Shown here piece by piece: positions 46,738 to 56,184 of a stretch of 64,000 bases of DNA. The notes below the pieces were generated by a model. It did not search any database and was not told where the DNA came from. It was given only the letters and a program-made list of their open reading frames with translations. The translations under genes were made by a program, and so were the position numbers. The DNA lies in the IMG/VR virus record IMGVR_UViG_3300017755_000003, positions 20,218 through 84,217 of that record; one strand, given 5' to 3'. How positions within the stretch are numbered: the stretch's first letter is position 1; every line of letters starts with the position of its first letter. This stretch comes from a virus (taxonomy: Duplodnaviria; Caudoviricetes).

Positions 46738-47796
46738 ATGGCTAATAAAGCATTTGACGTTTCTAAGTTTCGAAAAAACTTAACAAAATCTATCACAGGC
46801 ATGAGTAGTGGATTTAACGATCCGACTGATTGGATTTCGACAGGTAACTATGCCTTAAACTATCTTATTAGTGGCGACTTTAACAAAGGTGTTCCGCTAG
46901 GTAAGGTAACTGTTTTTGCAGGAGAATCTGGTGCAGGTAAAAGTTATATCTGTGCAGGTAACATTGTAAAGGCGGCACAGGATCAAGGTATCTTTGTAGT
47001 ATTAATTGACTCAGAGAATGCACTTGATGAAGCTTGGTTACAAGCACTTGACGTAGACACTACGCCAGAGAAACTACTTAAACTAAACATGAGTATGATT
47101 GACGATGTTGCTAAAACTATTAGTACATTCATGTCAGAATACAGAGAAATGACAGACGAAGACCGACCTAAGGTGTTGTTTGTTATTGATAGTTTGGGTA
47201 TGTTACTAACACCTACAGATGTTGATCAGTTTAATAAAGGTGATATGAAGGGTGATATGGGTCGTAAGCCTAAGGCATTGACTTCACTTGTTCGTAACAC
47301 AGTTAATATGATTGGTGCACACAACGTAGGACTAGTATGTACTAACCACACTTACGCATCACAAGATATGTTTGATCCAGATGATAAAATATCAGGTGGA
47401 CAAGGATTTATCTATGCAAGTTCTATTGTAGTAGCAATGAAGAAATTGAAACTAAAAGAGGACGAAGATGGTAAGAAAGTAACAGATGTACGTGGTATTA
47501 GAGCGGGTTGTAAGGTCATGAAGACTAGATATGCAAAACCGTTTGAAGGCGTACAGGTTAAGATTCCTTATGAAACAGGTATGAATCCATACAGTGGATT
47601 GGTTGACTTGTTTGAGAAAAAAGGACTGTTAACTCAACAAGGTAATAGACTTAAATACGTGGACAGTAAAGGTAAGGAAAACTTAGAATATCGAAAAGAC
47701 TGGTCGGGTGATAAACTAGACATAATTATGAGTGACTTCGATAAGTTATCCACAGAGCCAACTGTCGAAGAGGAAACTATTAACCCTGAGGAGTAA
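46738..47796 (+). CDS. uvsX: RecA-like recombinase
   Basis: ISTG...LN..ISG, GESGAGKS, IDSE.A, VIDSLG, NHTY, SGG.G..YASS. Confidence 0.92.
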   Translation: MANKAFDVSKFRKNLTKSITGMSSGFNDPTDWISTGNYALNYLISGDFNKGVPLGKVTVFAGESGAGKSYICAGNIVKAAQDQGIFVVLIDSENALDEAWLQALDVDTTPEKLLKLNMSMIDDVAKTISTFMSEYREMTDEDRPKVLFVIDSLGMLLTPTDVDQFNKGDMKGDMGRKPKALTSLVRNTVNMIGAHNVGLVCTNHTYASQDMFDPDDKISGGQGFIYASSIVVAMKKLKLKEDEDGKKVTDVRGIRAGCKVMKTRYAKPFEGVQVKIPYETGMNPYSGLVDLFEKKGLLTQQGNRLKYVDSKGKENLEYRKDWSGDKLDIIMSDFDKLSTEPTVEEETINPEE

Positions 47797-47802
47797 ACTG
47801 AT

Positions 47803-48042
47803 ATGGATGGTACACAGATAGTAGAGACTTGGCAAGTATTTAAAGAGTATTTGGACAAAAAGCATATTGAAACTGTAGCAGAAAAGTTTGTAGATTTATG
47901 TGCAGACTTTGGTACAGAAGATGAAGCATTTAGAGATGCTTTAGGTTCAGATGGTGACCTTGACCAAGCTATTGGGTATTATTTAGAAGAAGACGTAGAC
48001 GACTTAGAAGACAACTACAACGATGTTGACGAGGATTATTAA
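47803..48042 (+). CDS. Small acidic hypothetical protein
   Basis: 79-aa ORF between uvsX and uvsY with an acidic tail. Confidence 0.65.
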   Translation: MDGTQIVETWQVFKEYLDKKHIETVAEKFVDLCADFGTEDEAFRDALGSDGDLDQAIGYYLEEDVDDLEDNYNDVDEDY

Positions 48043-48497
48043 TGGGTTGGTATTCTGATATTGCAAAAGACGTAGGTAAGATACCTGACGCTATACAATA
48101 CTTTGAAGATGAATTGGCTGAAGCAAAAGGTCAAATTCGTATTAAGGGTAACGTAGAACGTGCGGCGGCAGAGATGCCAGGTCTTGTTGAACAACGTTTC
48201 AATCAACTACAAGAGCTTGAAGCAATTTTAGAATATCTAAACATTGAGCTTCGAAGACTTCGTAGTAGTTTCTTTAAGAAGTATTTAGAGAATTATGCAC
48301 GAGCATTATCTAGCAGAGACGTTGAAAAATATGTAGACGGCGAAGCTGACGTTGTTGATTATGAAAAAATAATTAACGAGTTTGCATTAATGCGTAATAA
48401 ATGGTTAGGCGTAACAAAGGCACTAGATCAAAAACAATGGCAACTTACTAACATAGTTAAGTTAAGGGTTGCAGGAATGGAAGACGCAAGTCTGTAA
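48042..48497 (+). CDS. uvsY: Recombination mediator (UvsY-like)
   Basis: Helical 151 aa; Y.E.Y...L...D..KY.DG..D......; K.LD.K.W...N..KL..AG; near uvsX. Confidence 0.7.
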   Translation: MGWYSDIAKDVGKIPDAIQYFEDELAEAKGQIRIKGNVERAAAEMPGLVEQRFNQLQELEAILEYLNIELRRLRSSFFKKYLENYARALSSRDVEKYVDGEADVVDYEKIINEFALMRNKWLGVTKALDQKQWQLTNIVKLRVAGMEDASL

Positions 48498-48531
48498 GTT
48501 CCAGATTAACATAACAAGGAAATAAAACTTT

Positions 48532-49155
48532 ATGAAGATGAGTGAAACTCAACCAACTAACATTGCCAAACAATATGGTGGTAACGTTAGAGAAACTGTA
48601 AACCATGCGGAAAGAACTGACTTACCTGGTGCACGACAATCAATTCAGAAATGGGATATGATTCCATCTGCAGATTTTGTACAAAGGGTAGCTGGAGAGT
48701 TTGTTAGACAAACATCAGATGATCTTTTCAAAGGTAAGAAAGTTGTTGTGTTCAGTTTACCGGGTGCGTTTACACCTACTTGTTCAGAACAGCAATTACC
48801 TGCATACGAAGAAATGTATGACAGGTTTAAACAAGCTGGAGTAGACGAGGTGTATTGTGTATCAGTAAATGATGGTTTTGTAATGAATGCTTGGGCTAAA
48901 GAACTAGGCGTTGAAAAAGTAAAACTATTAGCTGACGGTAATGCCGACTTCACTGATTCAATGGGTATGCTTTGTACTAAAAGAGCAAAAGGTTTTGCTA
49001 ATAGAAGTTGGAGATATTCGTTGTATGCAGTTAATGGAATCGTTCAAGAAGCATTTATTGAACCTGGATTTAATCACAAAGATGAGGACGACGATCCTTA
49101 CACTTGTACAGATCCAGAGACAATGATCCAAATCATAGAAGCAGACGCCAGGTAA
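48532..49155 (+). CDS. Peroxiredoxin (Prx5/redoxin family)
   Basis: FSLPGAFTPTCS..QLP, SVND.FVM.AW, ADGN..FT, RSWRY. Confidence 0.92.
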   Translation: MKMSETQPTNIAKQYGGNVRETVNHAERTDLPGARQSIQKWDMIPSADFVQRVAGEFVRQTSDDLFKGKKVVVFSLPGAFTPTCSEQQLPAYEEMYDRFKQAGVDEVYCVSVNDGFVMNAWAKELGVEKVKLLADGNADFTDSMGMLCTKRAKGFANRSWRYSLYAVNGIVQEAFIEPGFNHKDEDDDPYTCTDPETMIQIIEADAR

Positions 49156-49157
49156 TA

Positions 49158-49165
49158 TCTAAATA
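49158..49165 (+). promoter_or_regulatory. T4-type late promoter (TCTAAATA)
   Basis: TAAATA ends 5 nt before the ATG at 49171. Confidence 0.55.
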
Positions 49166-49170
49166 CTACT

Positions 49171-49938
49171 ATGAAAGTAGTATTGGTCACCGGCGGCTTT
49201 GATCCGTTACATTCAGGACACATTTCTTATTTTAAAGAAGCGAAGAAGCTCGGCGACAAACTAGTAGTCGGGCTTAATAGCGACGAATGGCTTACACGTA
49301 AGAAAGGACAACCTTTCATGCCAATCAAAGAACGTGTAGAAATAATCAGAAACTTAAAAATGGTAGATGACGTTCTTACTTGGGACGACAGTGATGATTC
49401 TGCCTCTGGTGCAATATTTAAACTAATGGCTACATCAGGGTATGGACACGATGTAATATTTGCTAATGGTGGAGATAGAACAGATAAGAACATACCTGAA
49501 ATGTCTACTTGGCACGATAAGGTTGAATTTGTTTTCGGCGTTGGTGGTACTGATAAGAAGAATTCTAGCAGTTGGATTTTGCAAGAGTATAAATACCCTA
49601 AAACAACAAGACAATGGGGGTACTACAGAGTGCTACACGAAGACGGCCCTACAACTAAAGTCAAAGAATTAACTGTTGACCCAGGCAAAAGATTATCAAT
49701 GCAACGCCATCAAAAACGTGCCGAGTATTGGTTAGTAACAGAAGGTACTGCAACAGTTTATACAATTAACAGAACTTCAACAGATTTTGAAATACAAGGT
49801 GTATACGAAAAACATCAGTCCTTAAGAATTGATGAAGGTGATTGGCATCAGTTAGCAAATGAAACAGACAAGCCAGTTAAGATTGTAGAAATACAATATG
49901 GTGAGAACTGTGTTGAAGAAGACATAGAAAGAAAGTAA
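49171..49938 (+). CDS. Cytidylyltransferase-like domain fused to a mannose-6-phosphate isomerase-type cupin
   Basis: TGGFDPLHSGH, GLNSD.WL.RKKG, FANGGDR, K.NSSS; then R.WG.Y.VL, LSMQRH..R.E.W, EIQYG....EDIER. Confidence 0.85.
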   Translation: MKVVLVTGGFDPLHSGHISYFKEAKKLGDKLVVGLNSDEWLTRKKGQPFMPIKERVEIIRNLKMVDDVLTWDDSDDSASGAIFKLMATSGYGHDVIFANGGDRTDKNIPEMSTWHDKVEFVFGVGGTDKKNSSSWILQEYKYPKTTRQWGYYRVLHEDGPTTKVKELTVDPGKRLSMQRHQKRAEYWLVTEGTATVYTINRTSTDFEIQGVYEKHQSLRIDEGDWHQLANETDKPVKIVEIQYGENCVEEDIERK

Positions 49939-50630
49939 TGGAGTTTGAAACTTTTAAAAATCCTACACAGGACGTTAAAGACGCGGTTTTAAAATCTGCA
50001 GACTACAGTATGACTAGCGGAAGACGTTTGGCGCATACATACGTAACTGTGCAAGAGCTAGACGCCAATAACATTGAGGGTGACATAGTAGAATGTGGTG
50101 TATGGAAAGGTGGACAAATCATTAGTGCCTACCTTGCAAACACACAAACTAAAAGAAAGTTTTGGTTGTTTGATACGTTTGAAGGAATGACACAACCAAC
50201 AGAACACGATTTTAGATTACAAGCAGACGGAGTTACTAGAGGCTATGCCAAGGACAGTGGCAAAGCAAAACGTGGTTTCGACCAATGGTGTAGATCAGAA
50301 ATACAAGAAGTGCAACAGAATTTATCAAAGTTTAATATGCCAATGGAACAAACAACATTTGTTAAAGGCGACATAGTACAAACACTAAACGATCCAAGCA
50401 ACGTACCAAATAAGATTGCATTGTTAAGACTAGATACAGATTGGTATGAGTCAACATTAAAAGAATTACAAGTGCTTTGGCCTAAATTGGTTGTAGGCGG
50501 ATACATGGTACTAGACGATTATGGAAGTTGGCAAGGCAGTAAAAAAGCCTTTCATGAGGTGTTTGGAGATAGTCTCGAGATACATAATATTGACGGTAAA
50601 GCTGTTTATATTAAGAAAGATAAAGAATGA
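49938..50630 (+). CDS. TylF/MycF-family sugar O-methyltransferase
   Basis: GDIVECGVWKGG, FDTFEGM, LRLDTDWYEST, GG....DDYG.W.G. Confidence 0.9.
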   Translation: MEFETFKNPTQDVKDAVLKSADYSMTSGRRLAHTYVTVQELDANNIEGDIVECGVWKGGQIISAYLANTQTKRKFWLFDTFEGMTQPTEHDFRLQADGVTRGYAKDSGKAKRGFDQWCRSEIQEVQQNLSKFNMPMEQTTFVKGDIVQTLNDPSNVPNKIALLRLDTDWYESTLKELQVLWPKLVVGGYMVLDDYGSWQGSKKAFHEVFGDSLEIHNIDGKAVYIKKDKE

Positions 50631-51313
50631 GTAATAAAGTATTTGTCGGATATGACACAAGAGAAGATATAGCATACCAAGTATGCGAACACAGTATCTT
50701 ACAGCATAACAAAGATGCAGAAGTCATTCCTTTAGTACAAAAGGATATGAGAGATACCAAGTTGTATTGGAGAGGTGAAGATAAACTTGCAAGTACAGAG
50801 TTTACGTTTACACGTTTTCTTATTCCTCATCTTTGTGATTACAAAGGCTGGGCATTGTTTGTTGACAGCGACATTATCTTTTTAGAAGACGTAGACAACT
50901 TATTTGCATTAGCAGATGACAGCAAGGCTGTTATGTGTGTACATCATGACTACACACCTAAACCAGGAACTAAGATGGACGGACAAGTACAAACACAATA
51001 CCCAAGAAAGAATTGGTCAAGTGTAGTATTATGGAACTGCGGACATCCTAGTAATCAAAAAATTACAGTGGACATGGTTAACAATCCCAACTACGATGGA
51101 AAATATTTTCATAGATTTAGTTGGTTAGATGATAGTGAAATTGGTGAGATACCTAAGGACTGGAACTATCTAGTTGGTTGGTATACAGACGGAACCCCAA
51201 GAGCATTACACTACACGGAAGGTGGACCATGGTTTAAAAATTATAGAAATTGCGATTACCACCAGGAATGGAAGGACGTTCTTTCTAGCATGATGGAGAA
51301 TAAGGATGAGTGA
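50627..51313 (+). CDS. GT-A glycosyltransferase (GT8-like)
   Basis: VFVGYD.RE, STEFTFTRFL.P, FVDSD, YPRKNWSS, WN.LVG.Y, HYT.GGPW. Confidence 0.8.
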   Translation: MSNKVFVGYDTREDIAYQVCEHSILQHNKDAEVIPLVQKDMRDTKLYWRGEDKLASTEFTFTRFLIPHLCDYKGWALFVDSDIIFLEDVDNLFALADDSKAVMCVHHDYTPKPGTKMDGQVQTQYPRKNWSSVVLWNCGHPSNQKITVDMVNNPNYDGKYFHRFSWLDDSEIGEIPKDWNYLVGWYTDGTPRALHYTEGGPWFKNYRNCDYHQEWKDVLSSMMENKDE

Positions 51314-52310
51314 AACTCATGGAGAGTGGGATCCTAGGAACTTGACACCAGAGATGAAAGAATTAGTTGATTCAATATTATACGGAGTAGCAATAGGTAG
51401 CAATAGACACGCCATTGAAGCTATACAAAAAGTATTTGACGACCAAGTAAAAAATCCTAAACTAATATGTATCGACAGCGGTATTAAAAAAGTAGAAAAG
51501 AAAGTTAAGGGCACCTTTGGTATTGTTGATTCCTTTGTTATGGGAATGGCATTAGGTAGTGGTGGAAAATATATTAGGGCAGATAACGTAGCAGACTATT
51601 GGGATCATCCTGCTCCTTTTCTTGTACGTGGATTAGGTAAACAAAAAATTATCAAAGAATGTATTGCACGTGGTAAAGACTTTTACTTTATGGACACAGG
51701 TTACTTAGGTAACAATCCTAGCCCACGTAATCCTAACGGTAAGAAAACTTATCATAGAATTGTAAAGAACGCATTACAAAATCTTCATATGCCAGACAGA
51801 GAAGAAAATCCAAATGCGTTTGGTGGAGAACGTTTTAAACAATTAGGAATAGGATTCAAAGAACACACCGCAGGTAGAAAAGTTTTAATTGTTCCACCAA
51901 GTGAAAAAGTAATGAAATACTTTGAAGAAGATTTAGAAGAATGGATCAAGAACACATTAATAGAAGTTAAGAAGCACACAAACAGACCAGTTGAAGTTCG
52001 TAAGAAGCCTAGCAGAGAAGCTCGTGTTAGTAGTAGCACAATGGAACAAGCATTGGAAGATGATGTACATTGTTTAGTTACATACAACAGTATAGCATCA
52101 TTAGAAGCTATGGTATATGGCAAACCTGCAATAGTATTAGGGCCAAACTGTGCTGGAGACATTGCCGAAGATAGTTTACATAGAATTGAATTTGTAAAAC
52201 ACCCAGGAAGAAAAAACTTAACTTACCTTTGTAGATACCTAAGTAATAATCAGTTTACATACGAAGAGATGTTAAATGGGTATGCTTGGAGGAAATTAAC
52301 GTGCGAGTAG
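51306..52310 (+). CDS. GT-B protein, capsule polysaccharide synthesis (KpsS/KpsC)-like, paralog 1
   Basis: DTGY, V.VR.KP, VTYNS...LEA...GKP. Confidence 0.55.
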   Translation: MSETHGEWDPRNLTPEMKELVDSILYGVAIGSNRHAIEAIQKVFDDQVKNPKLICIDSGIKKVEKKVKGTFGIVDSFVMGMALGSGGKYIRADNVADYWDHPAPFLVRGLGKQKIIKECIARGKDFYFMDTGYLGNNPSPRNPNGKKTYHRIVKNALQNLHMPDREENPNAFGGERFKQLGIGFKEHTAGRKVLIVPPSEKVMKYFEEDLEEWIKNTLIEVKKHTNRPVEVRKKPSREARVSSSTMEQALEDDVHCLVTYNSIASLEAMVYGKPAIVLGPNCAGDIAEDSLHRIEFVKHPGRKNLTYLCRYLSNNQFTYEEMLNGYAWRKLTCE

Positions 52311-53233
52311 TAGGATACACAAAAGTTATACCACCCGGAAAAGCATTAAAGCCGAACAAAGAAAATCACAAACTTGATATTATTAAAAATTTTATTGAGG
52401 GTGTGCGTATGGCAGGTGATACGGGATTGGTATACAACGGATTTGAAATGATGGATTGTGATGTTGCAATCATGCAAGGCTTTGTACATGACAGAAGTGC
52501 TCATGTACCACACATTAACTTGCGGAGAAACATTACAATGAACACACGTAACAAAGCATTTATTACCGCAGACAGTAATCTTTTTTTATATAAAGCAAAG
52601 CAAAACGCACCCTTTCATTATTTAAGATACAGTATCAATGGTGTGTTTAATAACACAGGAACATACTGTAACGATAATCCAGGTGACGAACAATGGAAAA
52701 AGATTTCACGTGACTTAGGTGTTACTGTTAAGCAGTGGTCAATTAATGAACGTGAACACGTACTATTATGTTTACAACGTAATGGTGGTTGGAGTATGAA
52801 AGGTAAAGATGTTGTAGCTTGGGCTAATCATAAGATTGCAGAGATTAGACGATACACAACTAGACCAATTATTGTAAGACCACACCCGGGTGATAAGAAG
52901 GCACCAGACTACATAAAAGGTATCACAGGACCAGATGTACGCATTAGTTTCGAGCCTATGATAGAACACGACCTAGCAAAAAGTTGTGTAACTATTGGCT
53001 TTAACAGTAGTCCTTTGGTAGCAAGTGTTATAGAAGGTGTACCAATTATTTGTGAAGACTACCAAGCTAGTCAAGTAGAAGAAGTTTGCCATAAAGAAAT
53101 AAGCGACATAGCAAGACTAAAACCATTTGATAGAGACATATGGATTAAAAAGATTGCACAATGCCATTGGAGTTTTAAAGACTTACGTGATGGTGTTGCA
53201 TGGCAACACATGAAAAGGTATTTGGAAGTATGA
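52301..53233 (+). CDS. GT-B protein, KpsS/KpsC-like, paralog 2; likely GTG start at 52301
   Basis: GGAGG SD before GTG; LCLQ, IVRPHP, FNSS..V.S..EGVP. Confidence 0.6.
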   Translation: MRVVGYTKVIPPGKALKPNKENHKLDIIKNFIEGVRMAGDTGLVYNGFEMMDCDVAIMQGFVHDRSAHVPHINLRRNITMNTRNKAFITADSNLFLYKAKQNAPFHYLRYSINGVFNNTGTYCNDNPGDEQWKKISRDLGVTVKQWSINEREHVLLCLQRNGGWSMKGKDVVAWANHKIAEIRRYTTRPIIVRPHPGDKKAPDYIKGITGPDVRISFEPMIEHDLAKSCVTIGFNSSPLVASVIEGVPIICEDYQASQVEEVCHKEISDIARLKPFDRDIWIKKIAQCHWSFKDLRDGVAWQHMKRYLEV

Positions 53234-54045
53234 ACATCACAGTAGTAACAACATTTCATCAACCTGGCTTAGAACAATACGGACAACGTTTTATTAATTC
53301 ATTTAGTGAAAAAGTTGATCCAAAAATTAAATTGGTTGTGTATGCAGAAAAGTGCATTCCTGTTAATCCAGATGAAAGCAGAATAACAATACACGATGCT
53401 GACGCAACACTACCAGACTTACAAAAGTTTAAAAGCATTTGGGGACAAGTTCCTAAAGCTAACGGCAAATGTCCTTGGCCTGAAAGAAGACCAAGAGATA
53501 ATCATAAAGAATTTAAATGGGACGCAGTAAGATTTGCAAACAAAGTTTATGCTGTATTCCACGAAGCAAAGAAAGACGATACAGATATACTTGTATGGAT
53601 GGATGCAGATACTTATGTACACAGTCCTATTACATACGGAGAGTTTAGATTACTAGTGCCGCCACAGGCTTGGTTGCATTACTTAGGTAGAAATAGAAAA
53701 TGGCCTGAGTGTGGCTTCTATGGTCTTACATTACGTAGTCCAGGTTGCGATGCTTTCCTTAAAGAGTTTCAACGTGTATATGATGAAGCTGAACAAGGAA
53801 TATTTTTAATGGAGGAATGGCACGATAGTTATGTGTTCTGGGAAGTATTAAAAAAGATACAAGTTCAATACCCGAACGTAAAAGACTTTAGTGGACATTT
53901 AGTGAATGGAGAAGGGCACCCGTTGATCAACTGTGAGCTTGGCAAATACTTTGATCATTTGAAGGGTGTACGAAAATCGGAGGGACGTAGTAGAAAGAGA
54001 GACCTACTGCAACCACGTAGCGAGAATTATTGGAATGAAAGTTAG
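53230..54045 (+). CDS. Putative GT-A glycosyltransferase; likely start 53230
   Basis: ATGA overlap; VVTTF...G...Y, RF..KV.A, WMDAD (DxD), E.GF, EWHDS..F, DHLKG.RK. Confidence 0.65.
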   Translation: MNITVVTTFHQPGLEQYGQRFINSFSEKVDPKIKLVVYAEKCIPVNPDESRITIHDADATLPDLQKFKSIWGQVPKANGKCPWPERRPRDNHKEFKWDAVRFANKVYAVFHEAKKDDTDILVWMDADTYVHSPITYGEFRLLVPPQAWLHYLGRNRKWPECGFYGLTLRSPGCDAFLKEFQRVYDEAEQGIFLMEEWHDSYVFWEVLKKIQVQYPNVKDFSGHLVNGEGHPLINCELGKYFDHLKGVRKSEGRSRKRDLLQPRSENYWNES

Positions 54046-54880
54046 TTTATTTAGAGAGTATGGTGCACAAAATAGTAAACCCGTGTTTGACGCTTTTGCA
54101 GACAGTCTTGTGGATGCTGGGCATACCGTTGTTGATAATGACTATAGCAGTGATGTTGCTGTTATTTGGTCTGTCCTTTGGCATGGCAGAATGGCTGGAA
54201 ACAAAAAAGTTTGGGATGACTTCCACGCACACAACAAAAAAGTAATCGTATTAGAAGTAGGCGGCCTGAAACGAGGCACCACATGGAAGGTAGCAATCAA
54301 TGGAATTAATCGAGACGCCGCGTTTGGTCCTGATGGCAATGGCAGTGATCGTGCTAATTTACTGGGCCTCAAATTAAAACCTTGGTCACTAGGCGGTGAC
54401 AGAATTATAATTTGCGGACAGCATGACAAGAGTCATCAATGGCGCAACCAACCCAACCTAACTGCATGGTTAGGAAATACAATCAACTCTATCAGAGAAG
54501 TTACAGATATGCCTATATATTGGCGACCTCACCCAAGGTGTCCTGTGCCTATGATAGAACATGACCATAAGAACGTACACAGACAACAACCTACACAAAT
54601 AAAAGATACATATGACGACTTTGACTTTGATTGTGAAGGTGCGTATGCTGTAATTAACTTTTCAAGTAACCCTGCCACCCAGGCAGTAATAGAAGGTGTA
54701 CCAGTGTTTACAGGTCCTAGCAGTTTAGCTTGGCCTGTTGCTAACCCAGACTTTACTACGTTAGGTATGCCAAAACGTCCCGATAGAACACAATGGCTCA
54801 ACGATATTGCATACACTGAGTGGACATTGGAAGAAATCGCACAAGGAAAACCACTAAATCGCTTGACTTCTTACCTATAA
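54035..54880 (+). CDS. GT-B protein, KpsS/KpsC-like, paralog 3; likely start 54035
   Basis: ICGQ..., WRPHP, FSSN.A..A..EGVP, R.QWL...AY.EW...EI..G. Confidence 0.6.
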   Translation: MKVSLFREYGAQNSKPVFDAFADSLVDAGHTVVDNDYSSDVAVIWSVLWHGRMAGNKKVWDDFHAHNKKVIVLEVGGLKRGTTWKVAINGINRDAAFGPDGNGSDRANLLGLKLKPWSLGGDRIIICGQHDKSHQWRNQPNLTAWLGNTINSIREVTDMPIYWRPHPRCPVPMIEHDHKNVHRQQPTQIKDTYDDFDFDCEGAYAVINFSSNPATQAVIEGVPVFTGPSSLAWPVANPDFTTLGMPKRPDRTQWLNDIAYTEWTLEEIAQGKPLNRLTSYL

Positions 54881-54891
54881 TATCGTATAAT
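54863..54891 (+). promoter_or_regulatory. Sigma70 promoter
   Basis: TTGACT-17 bp-TATAAT; ATG at 54898 lies 6 nt downstream. Confidence 0.75.
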
Positions 54892-54897
54892 AATACG

Positions 54898-56184
54898 ATG
54901 TACAATAGACCTATATCTAAAAAAGCATTAAACACAGAAGACTGCCTAGAAATAGTTGCTGGTATCAGTGAGCTAAAGTATAGTGGTGACGAAGAATTGG
55001 AAAAGGTCCAAAACTTTAAACTGCATGAAGACAATGCTAATATCATGTTTAGTTTTGCTAAACAAGTATTTAGAGGCACGGCTCTTACTGCAAAGCAATA
55101 TACACTAGCTAAAAAACTGTTGCTAGAATACTACACAGATCAATTTGATGCACATGAAATAGATTTAAAAGTAGCAGTAGAAAAATTAAGATTTCCATTA
55201 CGTGAAATAGACGGTAGCCATTGGATCAAGTTTGTAGATTACAAAGGCGAAAAGATGTTAGCTATTAGATTTCCTTTTAATAAAAAAGTTATAAAGCATC
55301 TTGAAGAATTAAAAAATTCATCTGACAAAGAATATTTTTATGACAAGCACACACATTACTTTCCACAAAAAGAAAAATACATATGGAAGATTGTCAACAT
55401 TAGCAAACAGTTTGCAGATGCAAAGTTTGAAATACAAGATGAGATTTTGGAATTATACAAGCAGTTAGAAGTGTTTGAAAAAAATCCACAAGACTACATA
55501 CCAGGCATATACAATTTTAAATTTAAAAACTTACCTGTCAAAGCAGTTGACAATATGTTTGAAGAATTAGGTGAGCCTAACTATAATAACTTGTACAAGT
55601 ATTACGATAGAAGATATTATTACGGATTAAATTACTTTGATGATCGTGCATTAGTAGAAAGTATTAGTGGCAGAGAAACGTTAACTAAAGCAATCATTAA
55701 TCGTAATTCAAGTCTTATTTGCGTAGATAAAACTAAATGGGACATGGCAACAGTACTCAAAGCCGTTGACGAATTAGAAAGATATCCTCTTTTAATTCTT
55801 ATTGATGCCAAACAAGGTTACAGTGAAGTTACTCTGTATCACAACTTGCTTAGATACTACATACCAAAGGAACAAATGTCCGTTATGTTTAGATTGGATA
55901 ACAAGTTAGGCAATGAAGCTATACAATTTAACCAATACATCAAGACTCAGGGATTAAATAATATAGTTGACAAGAACACAAAAATAGTGTATATTAGTAA
56001 TAATAAGATTCCTAAACCTTTAATGAAACAAGGGTTTAGACCAAAAGGCATTCTCACAATAGGCAGTAAAAAAATTGCTAATAACATCGACAGTTATGTG
56101 AGTGCTCATGATCTTGTTATGCAGTATGATGATGACGCAAGTCCTCATTATAGTTACGGATATATGAAGGCAGATATAATATAA
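54898..56184 (+). CDS. Hypothetical protein upstream of uvsW; likely start 54898
   Basis: Long ORF; start placed from the promoter position. Confidence 0.65.
   Translation: MYNRPISKKALNTEDCLEIVAGISELKYSGDEELEKVQNFKLHEDNANIMFSFAKQVFRGTALTAKQYTLAKKLLLEYYTDQFDAHEIDLKVAVEKLRFPLREIDGSHWIKFVDYKGEKMLAIRFPFNKKVIKHLEELKNSSDKEYFYDKHTHYFPQKEKYIWKIVNISKQFADAKFEIQDEILELYKQLEVFEKNPQDYIPGIYNFKFKNLPVKAVDNMFEELGEPNYNNLYKYYDRRYYYGLNYFDDRALVESISGRETLTKAIINRNSSLICVDKTKWDMATVLKAVDELERYPLLILIDAKQGYSEVTLYHNLLRYYIPKEQMSVMFRLDNKLGNEAIQFNQYIKTQGLNNIVDKNTKIVYISNNKIPKPLMKQGFRPKGILTIGSKKIANNIDSYVSAHDLVMQYDDDASPHYSYGYMKADII
55967..55995 (+). promoter_or_regulatory. Intragenic sigma70-like promoter for uvsW
   Basis: TTGACA-17 bp-TATATT about 190 nt upstream of uvsW. 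Confidence 0.5.
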
